64,000 bases of DNA. It comes from Macrostomum lignano (Eukaryota). Location of the stretch: positions 1 to 64,000 of the forward strand of contig NIVC01000242.1 in the NCBI GenBank assembly GCA_002269645.1, given 5' to 3'. The notes beneath the pieces are model-generated. The model saw only the letters and a list, made by a program, of their open reading frames with translations. It was not told the origin of the DNA and ran no database searches. The translations under genes and the position numbers were made by a program. Positions 54,836 through 64,000 of this stretch are shown here, piece after piece; position 1 is the first letter of the stretch, and every line of letters begins with the position of its first letter.

Positions 54836-55235
54836 TATTCAATCCCTGAGCTTGCTAAACTAACTTATGCGTATAGAGATGGCGTATTACTGACCTAAAG
54901 CATTCTACTACTATAAGTAGGTGCGCAGCGAATTTTGTACAGTTTATTTATCTTAGCTAAAGTCATTTCGCACGAATTATTTTTACACAGTCTGTGATCC
55001 ATATTTCAATTTGTTAGAGTCAATCATGCATTGTGAATATCCTAAATGCTGTTCCTATCGTTTGCAGCTGCGCGCTCTCTCTCTCTCTAGTCCGAACTGC
55101 AAAGCTTTTCTAGTCGCTTCAGGGCTCTCAGCCTTGTTTTTTTATTATCTTTATATTTAGAATGCTTTTTACTATTCAACATTTACTCTCATCCACTGGA
55201 TCCCTTCCGCTATTGATGTGTTTTATGTAAAGTCG

Positions 55236-55612
55236 CTGATTGGCCAGCCAATTAGAGACTAGCTAGAGATATACAGGCACTGATTGGTCAGCCAATTAAA
55301 GACTAGCTAGAGATATGCAGGCACTGATTCACCAGCCAATGAGAGACTAGCTAGAGATATACATGTACAGGCACTGATTGGTCAGCCAATTAGAGACTAG
55401 CTAGAGATATACAGGCACTGATTGGCCAGCCAATTAGAGACTAGCTAGAGATATGCAGGCACTGATTGGTCAGCCAGTTAGAGACTAGCTAGAGATATGC
55501 AGGCACTGATTGGTCAGCCAGTTAGAGACTAGCTAGAGATGTAGGCACTGATTCTCTAGCCAATTAGAGACTAGCTAAAGATATATAGGCACTGATTGGC
55601 CAGCCAATCGGA
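55236..55612. repeat. 44-bp minisatellite, about 8.5 copies, with ATTGG/CCAAT in each unit
   Basis: Unit CTGATTGGCCAGCCAATTAGAGACTAGCTAGAGATATACAGGCA. Confidence 0.95.
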
Positions 55613-56300
55613 GACCCGTTGATTTCAGCGCCATATATTTTTGTTCCCTTAATTTCGTTTAGATGGGTATTTTATTTTACCCTGTCTAAATGTGTTATTT
55701 TGTCTTGTTTGACAAAATTGTCTTGTTTTATACAATCTTTCTTTCTGCTATTTTGTCCCAGCCACATTTGTGTCGAATTGTGTGCAATCATTCATGACAT
55801 TTTGCCCCTTTACTTTCGCGAAATATTATTACCATGGAAGTAATATACAAATTAATAGAATGTAATAGTACTTAAATTTCCTTAATGTAATTCTATTTTA
55901 AATTAAATCAATATCTCAGTTCCTCTTCTATTTTTTATATAACTTTGAGAACAGTGCATTGGATTTGGTGGTTATTTTGGTTGCTACGGCCAGCGTCTCA
56001 CGCATACGAGCATTGGGTACGAGAAGAAAATAATAAATCATATCGTTTTGTTTTAGTGCAGAATTTTTGTGTGCTTCACTGGTCAGTCTGGGCGCATGCT
56101 GTGCCAATGCGAGTAGCAAATATGCAGTGCTCAGGCGTTCCTTGCCACCTCCCCAATGCGAGGGGGTGAGTTCTGCTAAGCTATGCAAGTACAACATGCA
56201 GGATCTACACCCAAATTGAGAATGAGCAGGGGAGCATTTAGTATAGATGCATGATATGAGATTGACTGATTGCTAAGGTAGTCAGACAAGTGAGTGATTG

Positions 56301-56668
56301 ACTGGGGGATTGGGGTCAGTTTGGGTCAGCGTGTCTGGAGTGACTACTGGGGTATTGGGGTCAGTTTGGGGTCAGCGTGTCTGGAGTGACTACTGGGGTA
56401 TTGGGGTCAGCGTGTCTGGAGTGACTACTGGGGTATTGGGGTCAGCGTGTCTGGAGTGACTACTGGGGTATTGGGGTCAGCGTGTCTGGAGTGACTACTG
56501 GGGTATTGGGGTCAGCGTGTCTGGAGTGACTACTGGGGGATTGGGGTCAGTTTGGGGTCAGCATGTCTGGAGTGACTACTGGGGGATTGGGGTCAGCGTG
56601 TCTGGAGTGACTACTGGGGGTTGGGGTCAGCGTGTCTGGAGTGACTACTGGGGGATTGGGGTCAGTGT
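56301..56668. repeat. 35-bp G-rich minisatellite, about 10 copies
   Basis: Unit GGGGTCAGCGTGTCTGGAGTGACTACTGGGGTATT. Confidence 0.95.
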
Positions 56669-57962
56669 GACAGGGCGGGGGTGTAGTACGGCTAAGTAAA
56701 TAAGGGGTCTCATGAGGGACCTAACTGTACATGTACGAGCGTAGGAGCTAGTGAATGTGGTACTGGGGAGAGTCACTTAGATGTGAATTGGTTGATTGCA
56801 AGAGTGAAAGAATGGCGGGTGAACGAGTGCATAGAGTGATAGTGATAAAAGATGAGATCGCTGTGAGCACACAGGCTCTCCCACACGGAGACGCGGGGGA
56901 GCCATAGAGGTCAGAGCTGCGGGGCCTCTGGCAACCCCCCCCCCCTGTGCTGAATGGGCGACAGCTTCTGCCGCGTGTATTTGCATTTAGAAGGGGATTC
57001 AAATCCCCTGCGCTTGATCCCTCAGCCGTGGCTATTTACTGTATATTGAAGCCTCTGGCTGGCCCGGGCTGTATTTAAAGCTGGACTTCCCTCCTGCAGC
57101 TGTTACCGCGGCTCCTGCAAGCCTCACGGTTGAACTGCCGCCTCAGACTGCACGCATTGCAGACGCGTTTCTTAACAGTCTGAGCGAGGCTCTGTAGTAC
57201 TGCAGACTTCATTGCTGCGCACTGCTCGCTGAGAACAGCTCGAGAGGCATATCGGTTGCCATGGAGCAGCCCTCTGGTTGATGGAGCAATCGCACGGTCA
57301 GGTATATACGTGCTATTCGCGCTAAAAATGAGTGTTAATAAAATTCCAATATTCACTAGTTCCATTCCCATAACGAATGTGTTTGCCGAGTAGCCCAGGG
57401 GAGTCCCCCGGTGCTCTTGCCGTTGGAGAGCAAACAATCAATTCCATAGCATGATGATCTCACTTAAACTACCGCTAGAAGCACTTTTTCAGTATTTTCC
57501 TTTCACCTTGGAGCAGCGGCCAACCAACGGAAACGGAAAACAGTAGAAGAATTCAGAGAGAGAATTAAAGGGGAGAAATTATTACAGAGGAGACCGCAAT
57601 TTGATTTGGCTGCGACAGCCCTCTCTGCCCCGCTGTCTTGGCCCACATCGTGTGCGCTCTCTACTGTCTCGCAACTGTCAGTCTTTCGTGTGCGCGGCCA
57701 GCCATGCAGCAACCCGAAAGAGTAGAGAGAAAATCCTTTCAACTACTTTAGTTTCGGTGAGAGCCGAACGCGACCTCTGCCGCAAGTCGCACTTCAGCGC
57801 GCGCACAGACAGAGAGGCAGAGAGAAGCGGAGAAACAAGTGGCACGCACCACGAGCGAGTAACCGTTTGGCTCTCTATAGTCCATCCATCTCAGCCGCTG
57901 CTCGCCGTGCGCTCTCTCCGTTAAGAGGCTCAGTTTGCACGCTAGCCGCAATTGCAGCCAGC

Positions 57963-57970
57963 TATAAATA
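57963..57970 (+). promoter_or_regulatory. TATA box of the type II membrane protein gene
   Basis: GCTATAAATAGG about 120 bp upstream of the ATG at 58090, with no intervening ATG seen. Confidence 0.6.
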
Positions 57971-58089
57971 GGCGACCCCGCGAGTGCAAAATTACAACAG
58001 CAGCAGTTGCCCCCCTCCCTCTCGACCCAAAGCGATATTAAAAACCCAAAAGTGCTGCAACTGCTACAGTCGATCGCGCGGTCCCCTCA

Positions 58090-58876
58090 ATGCAGACCTC
58101 ACTGTGGACTGGCTCAGCTGGTCGAGGAGGCGGCGGCGGCGGTAGCGGCGGCGGCAGCGGCCGGCGGCCCTCCTCTGTGGCTGGCTCTGTGTCGGCGGCA
58201 GCTGGAGGGGCGTCCGCCGGATCTTCATCTGCAGGCGGCGGCTTCCGGTTCGCGCACAGCGAGCACAGCAAGGAGCGCCACCGGGCCGAGAACCTGTCGG
58301 CTTCCCGGTCGCTGCTGGGTGGCTCCGGTGACATTGGCGGCTCTGTGGAGCTGCACCACCCAGCGTCCGCGGCGGAGGCGCACCTGGCCGCCGGCTGTCC
58401 GCGCCTGCGGGTCCTCCGGCTGGCCGAGCCGCCACCGCCGTCGTCAAATTCGGCAACGCCGACGCCGTCAACTGGCGGCCGGACTCTGACGCCGCCGTCG
58501 TTTCTGCTGACTCTGCCAAACGACACGGTCGACGGAAACCTCGCCAATTACCACGGCGACGAGGACGACGACGAGCTGCGTCAGCTACAGCAGCTCCGGC
58601 AGCAGCGGCAGCACATCGAGGCGTCGATCCGCTCGTTGGCAGCCTCTGTCGCTTCGTCAACGCAGCAACAGCTGGCGGCAACCGGCTGCGCCGAGTCTGC
58701 CGCTGCCGAGTTGCACGTGGACTCTAGGCTGACGCCGGACTCGCCGGAAGAGCAGCGACGCGTCAGGCGAAAGAAGCTGCGCCGGCGGGCCCTGGTTGGC
58801 GTCTACCTTACCGCCGTGCTGCTGGCAGTCCTGGCTGTGGTCTTCCTGGCCGCCAAGGGGGTCTTTTATACGTCGG
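58090..58876 (+). CDS. First coding exon of an unidentified type II single-pass membrane protein
   Basis: GC3-rich ORF; about 235-aa low-complexity cytoplasmic N-terminus, a basic cluster RRVRRKKLRRR, a hydrophobic helix ALVGVYLTAVLLAVLAVVFLAA, then donor G|GTGAGC at 58876/58877. Downstream exons were not found. Confidence 0.75.
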
Positions 58877-58879
58877 GTG

Positions 58880-60110
58880 AGCTGCCAGTGTCACTCTGCC
58901 TGTCTGCCAGTGTCACTCTGCCTGTTCATGTCACTGTCCGTCTGCCAGTGTGACTCCGCCTGTCTGCCATTGTCACTCTGTAGGTCGGGCTGCCAGTGTC
59001 ACTCTGTAGGTCGGACTGCCGGTGTCACTCGGACTGTCTGCCAGTGTCACTCTGTATGTCGGGCTGTTAGTGTCACTCCGTTTGTATCTCTCGACTGTCG
59101 GTCTGCCAGTGTCACTCGGTCTGTCTGCCAGTGTCACTCTGTATGTCGGGCTGTTAGTGTCACTCCGTTTGTATCTCTCGACTGTCGGTCTGCCAGTGTC
59201 ACTCTGTCTGCCAGTGTCACTCTGTCTACCCGTGTCACTCTGTCTACCTGTGTCACTCTGTCTACCCGTGTCACTCTGTCTACCTGTGTCACTCTGTCTA
59301 CCTGTGTCACTCTGTCTGCCAGTATCACTCTGTCTGTCTGCCAGTCACTTATTCACCTGTGTCACTGTCTGTCTGCCAGTCACTTATTCACCTATGTCTA
59401 AGGTCTGTCTGTCTGTCACTTATTCACCTGTGTCACTGTCTGTCTGCCAGTCACTTATTCACCTGTGTCACTGTCTGTCTGCCAGTCACTTATTCACCTG
59501 TGTCACTGTCTGTCTGCCTGTCACTTATTCACCTGTGTCACTGTCTGTCTGCCAGTCACTTATTCACCTGTGTCACTGTCTGTCTGCCAGTCACTTATTC
59601 ACCTGTGTCTAAGGTCTGTCTGGCAGTCACTTATTCACCTGTGTCTAAGGTCTGTCTGGCAGTCACTTATTCACCTGTGTCACTGTCTGTCTGCTAGTCA
59701 CTTATTCACCTGTGTCACTGTCTGTCTGCCAGTCACTTATTCACCTGTGTCACTGTCTGTCTGCCTGTCACTTATTCACCTGTGTCTAAGGTCTGTCTGT
59801 CAGTCACTTATTCACCTGTGTCTAAGGTCTGTCTGTCAGTCACTTATTCACCTGTGTTTAAGGTCTGTCTGGCAGTCACTTATTCACCTGTGTCTAAGGT
59901 CTGTCTGTCAGTCACTTATTCACCTGTGTCTAAGGTCTGTCTGGCAGTCACTTATTCACCTGTGTCTAAGGTCTGTCTGTCAGTCACTTATTCACCTGTG
60001 TCACTGTCTGTCTGCCAGTCACTTATTCACCTGTGTCACTGTCTGTCTGCTAGTCACTTATTCACCTGTGTCACTGTCTGTCTGCCAGTCACTTATTCAC
60101 CTGTGTCTAA
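58880..60110. repeat. Compound 18-bp then 35-bp minisatellite starting right after the donor site
   Basis: CTGCCAGTGTCACTCTGT units change to GTCACTTATTCACCTGTGTCACTGTCTGTCTGCCA units. Confidence 0.93.
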
Positions 60111-60896
60111 GGTTTGTCTGTCTACACCCTTGAAGCCCTCTAAATCCCTCGAAACTGAATTTAGTTTTCCAAGCGGATTTGCAGACGTTTTCGTGGCACC
60201 AGCTCTTTAATGTACATGCAGGAAAAATTATAACGCCTTGCAATATCATTTAAAGCTTAAGTAGCTCTTTACTTTGCTCAACTTATGTAGTGGCCTCATC
60301 CTACGAGCGTATATCTTAGCTGATGTGCTGCCACTAAAGAGATAATTTAGAATTTTGTATTGCAGCTGTCACCCCAGTTAGTTACTGCTAGTGAATTTCT
60401 CGGACAGGCTCAATCCGCCTAAAACGGATGAATTATTCATTTTTATCCCCCACTTCTCCAATTACTCGACCCGCTCGTGATGTCGCATGATATTCAGGAA
60501 AAATTGAACTCGGGGAGCACGGGGCAAATAAAGCATATAATAAACCAGAACATCCTGTGCAGCAATATGTAAGTTATTATTTACCTGTAAAAATTATTTT
60601 TCACAGGTGTCACCAATTAATAAATATATAGGGCCATAAGGTGAGGCAACCACGCTCGTAGAACTTGCAGTGGCTTACTATAAGTAGCGAGTTTGGAATT
60701 TGTGTACTAATACGAGCGTAAACAATTTGAAATAATTGTAGACTATAGCAAATTTTGTGGTTTAAATAACTGGATTGAATTTGGCTTGTTCTAATGCGTT
60801 TAACTGCTCACACATCTGCGGCGACGCATGCGCTTACCTCCCCATAATTTACAACCTGAGACTGGGTGAACCCTGAAAAATTCCTGTCCTGAAAAA

Positions 60897-61340
60897 TACC
60901 AGCTGATCCTGGGGTAAAAGTACAAAAATGCTACCAGCTGATCCTGGGGTAAAAGTACAAAAATGCTACCAGCTGATCCTGGGGTAAAAGTACGAAAATG
61001 CTACCAGCTGATCCTGGGGTAAAAGTACGAAAATGCTACCTGCTGATCCTGGGGTAAAAGTACAAAAATGCTAGCAGCTGATCCTGGGGTAAAAGTACGA
61101 AAATGCTACCAGCTGATCCTGGGGTAAAAGTACAAAAATGCTACCAGCTGATCCTGGGGTAAAAGTACGAAAATGCTAGCAGCTGATCCTGGGGTAAAAG
61201 TACGAAAATGCTACCAGCTGATCCTGGGGTAAAAGTACGAAAATGCTACCAGCTGATCCTGGGGTAAAAGTACGAGCGTACGAAAATGCTATTGTCCTTG
61301 AGTAAAAGTACAAAAGTGCTACCCTGGGGCAAAAGTACAA
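60897..61340. repeat. 35-bp minisatellite, about 11 copies
   Basis: Unit CTACCAGCTGATCCTGGGGTAAAAGTACAAAAATG. Confidence 0.95.
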
Positions 61341-61944
61341 AGATGCTACCCAGACGCTGATCCTATCTAGACCCTGGACTAAAACTACATAAATCCAAAG
61401 CAGACTCAATGATAGAAATGTAAAGAATCGTACAACTGAAGGACAAACTCTTCAATCCCATTAATTTCAGAAGTATCCGGCAAGGAGCACCATCACGACT
61501 GACCGCCAAGAGTGCCCTTCAGTTCTTCCGTGCTACAAGTTTACAGATAAGAAGCCGCAGGCAAAAACTACGACAAATTGATTCAAATTGCCATGCATTT
61601 TCATTTGACGCGTAAAGAAAAAAAACTGCACATATCGGCCGCGTCTGAATTTTACTAAGCATTACCTATCGTTCACGCTCAGCCATTTAACTTTCGCTTA
61701 ACCCACAAAATTGAACTTTTCCGCCCAAATCAAGCAGACTTGGCTGCGAATGTAAAATGACAAATGATTGAAAGGTGTCAAGGTGGATCTTGATTGATAT
61801 TAGTTTGAATAAATTCTTGAATGCCACTGCTACAAATGCTAGTTTTGCATATACTTATGTTGGTTTTGTTGCTGATACAACACAAATAAAAGCCTTTTTG
61901 CCGTTCGTTTTTTACAAATAGTTTAATTTAAATGTCTGAAAATC

Positions 61945-63110
61945 GGGCCAGTAACTGAGGATATGGGAGACTGGCCCGGCAACTGAGGGTCTGGGAGGCT
62001 GGCCCAATAACTGAGGATCTGGGAGGCTGGCCCAGCTGATCTGGGAGGCTGGCCCAGCTGATCTGGGAGGCTGGCCCAGTTGATCTGGGAGGCTGGCCCA
62101 GCTGATCTGGGAGGATGGCCCAGCTGATCTGGGAGGCTGGCCCAGCTGATCTGGGAGGCTGGCCCAGCTGATCTGGGAGGCTGGCCCAGCTGATCTGGGA
62201 GGATGGCCCAGCTGATCTGGGAGGCTGGCCCAGCAACTGATGATCTGGGAGGCTGGCCCAGCAACTGAGGATCTGGGAGGCTGGCCCAGCAACTGATGAT
62301 CTGGGAGGCTGGCCCAGCAACTGAGGATCTGGGAGGCTGGCCCAGCAATTAAGGATCCGGGAGGCTGGCCCAGCAACTGAGGATCTGGGAGGCTGGCCCA
62401 GCTGATCTGGGAGGATGGCCCAGCTGATCTGGGAGGCTGGCCCAGCTGATCTGGGAGGCTGGCCCAGCTGATCTGGGAGGCTGGCCCAGCTGATCTGGGA
62501 GGATGGCCCAGCTGATCTGGGAGGCTGGCCCAGCAACTGATGATCTGGGAGGCTGGCCCAGCAACTGAGGATCTGGGAGGCTGGCCCAGCTGATCTGGGA
62601 GGCTGGCCCAGCAACTGATGATCTAGGAGGCTGGCCCAGCAACTGAGGATCTGGGAGGCTGGCCCAGCAATTAAGGATCCGGGAGGCTGGCCCAGCAACT
62701 GAGGATCTGGGAGGCTGGCCCAGCTGATCTGGGAGGATGGCCCAGCTGATCTGGGAGGCTGGCCCAGCTGATCTGGGAGGCTGGCCCAGCTGATCTGGGA
62801 GGCTGGCCCAGCTGATCTGGGAGGATGGCCCAGCTGATCTGGGAGGCTGGCCCAGCAACTGATGATCTGGGAGGCTGGCCCAGCAACTGAGGATCTGGGA
62901 GGCTGGCCCAGCTGATCTGGGAGGCTGGCCCAGCTGATCTGGGAGGCTGGCCCAGCAACTGATGATCTGGGAGGCTGGCCCAGCAACTGAGGATCTGGGA
63001 GGCTGGCCCAGCAATTAAGGATCCGGGAGGCTGGCCCAGCAACTGAGGATCTGGGAGGCTGGCCCAGCAATTAAGGATTTGGGAGGCTGGCCCAGCAACT
63101 GGGGATCTGG
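61945..63110 (-). repeat. 28/22-bp minisatellite, reverse complement of the 52888-53330 family
   Basis: GAGGATCTGGGAGGCTGGCCCAGCAACT interleaved with a shorter GATCTGGGAGGCTGGCCCAGCT unit. Confidence 0.95.
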
Positions 63111-63446
63111 TAAGAAAAAAGGATGTATTTCTTCTTGGCAGAAAAACTGAAAAGAAAAAGACAAGCGAAAGAAATTCAAATGAAAATTAGTTCTGTACTT
63201 TAATGCTGCAACTGTACACAAAAATGCAGCTGTAGAGAAATAAATTAACAGGAGTCATGAAAAGCATTTTGAAAGAAAATCTATGCACCAGCAAAGCAGT
63301 TCTCAGGCTGGCAGTGTCACTGAAAGACTAGAAAGTCTGTAGAAGTCTGCTGCTACTGCATGCAGTTAAGAATAATATTGTACATACAGGCCAATCGGCA
63401 ACAGAAATGCGAGGCACCAAAAATGATATTGTTGATTAATATTTGC

Positions 63447-64000
63447 TCAACTGTCGGACAGGCGGACAATCCAAGCGGACAAGTCGGATCCGGCCACTTC
63501 AGACGGACTGTCGGCCGTGGCCGCGGAATCTGTAGCTGCCGCTAAGTCGGACTCGCCGATGTCCCAGAGCTTCTGAATCTGAGGATCAACCGGCTGCTTC
63601 TGGGCAGTTGCCAACAGGCTGAGCGCACCAGGTCTCTGGGAGACACCCGGCTGCTGCTGAGCTGCACCGCATCGGCCCGGAACGGCAGTCACAACAGCAG
63701 GGACAGCGGCTCCGCTTTGTGCCGCTCCGCCGCGATAAACTTTTAGCACGGGAAACCCGGCCGCTCGATCGCTCCAACGGACTGAAGCAGCCGGCCACGG
63801 CGGCGGCTGCTGCTGCTGCTGCGGTTTCCTCGGCGGCCTTGGACGCTGCTGCAGCACCTGCTGCGTAGCTTCATCTTGGCGCCCATCCTGACGAAATCCC
63901 ATAGCCATAAACTTTACTATACGCATCTCTGGCGGCGCGAACGGCACAATGGGGTAGGCTGTCTTCATTCTACGCCGTTGGTCATCGGCGGCGGCCAAGT
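63447..64000 (-). CDS. Probable terminal exon of an unidentified gene entering from the right edge
   Basis: 183-codon stop-free, GC3-rich frame open to the window edge, with Q/P runs like the other host exons and ending AWIVRLSDS*. No recognisable domain. Confidence 0.45.
   Translation of the reverse strand, partial: LAAADDQRRRMKTAYPIVPFAPPEMRIVKFMAMGFRQDGRQDEATQQVLQQRPRPPRKPQQQQQPPPWPAASVRWSDRAAGFPVLKVYRGGAAQSGAAVPAVVTAVPGRCGAAQQQPGVSQRPGALSLLATAQKQPVDPQIQKLWDIGESDLAAATDSAATADSPSEVAGSDLSAWIVRLSDS

Noticed and set aside
57075-57437. 120-aa minus-strand ORF as a gene divergent from the type II membrane gene
   Set aside because: No recognisable domain or convincing splice partners; cannot be supported without RNA data.
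32796-63110. Regular repeat arrays as CRISPR arrays
   Set aside because: Units are head-to-tail with no unique spacers, there are no cas genes, and the context is spliceosomal introns.
40525-63110. Shared chi-like CCAGC/GCTGG core across all minisatellites
   Set aside because: Present in several arrays but absent from the 40-, 46-, 14- and 21-bp ones; the motif is too short to be significant.

Overview
Intron-rich animal genomic DNA. GC-rich exons with Q/P/A runs and dense intronic minisatellites resemble a Macrostomum-type flatworm genome, but that is inference only. From left to right: (1) two tandem minus-strand GABA-B-receptor-like class C GPCR genes, one complete (14 exons, 9258-17969, 743 aa) and one running off the left edge with two apparent 1-bp deletions; (2) many MITEs, tRNA-derived SINEs and RTE-type LINE fragments, including a nested LINE/SINE stack; (3) an apparently complete 6.7-kb EnSpm/CACTA (CMC) DNA transposon (20841-27571) with 28-bp TIRs, a 2-bp TSD, an intact 766-aa transposase and a second, unannotated 7-exon gene for a 400-aa coiled-coil plus BEN-like protein; (4) a 9-exon par-3/bazooka gene (31642-52827) in which every intron carries its own tandem-repeat array; (5) an intact DD34D mariner (53528-54835); (6) the TATA-driven first exon of an orphan type II membrane protein; (7) the probable last exon of a minus-strand gene at the right edge. 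There are no rRNA, tRNA or CRISPR loci. Most long ORFs in the supplied track are artefacts of tandem repeats. All gene models were assembled by eye from GT-AG sites and phase consistency; no database searches were run.
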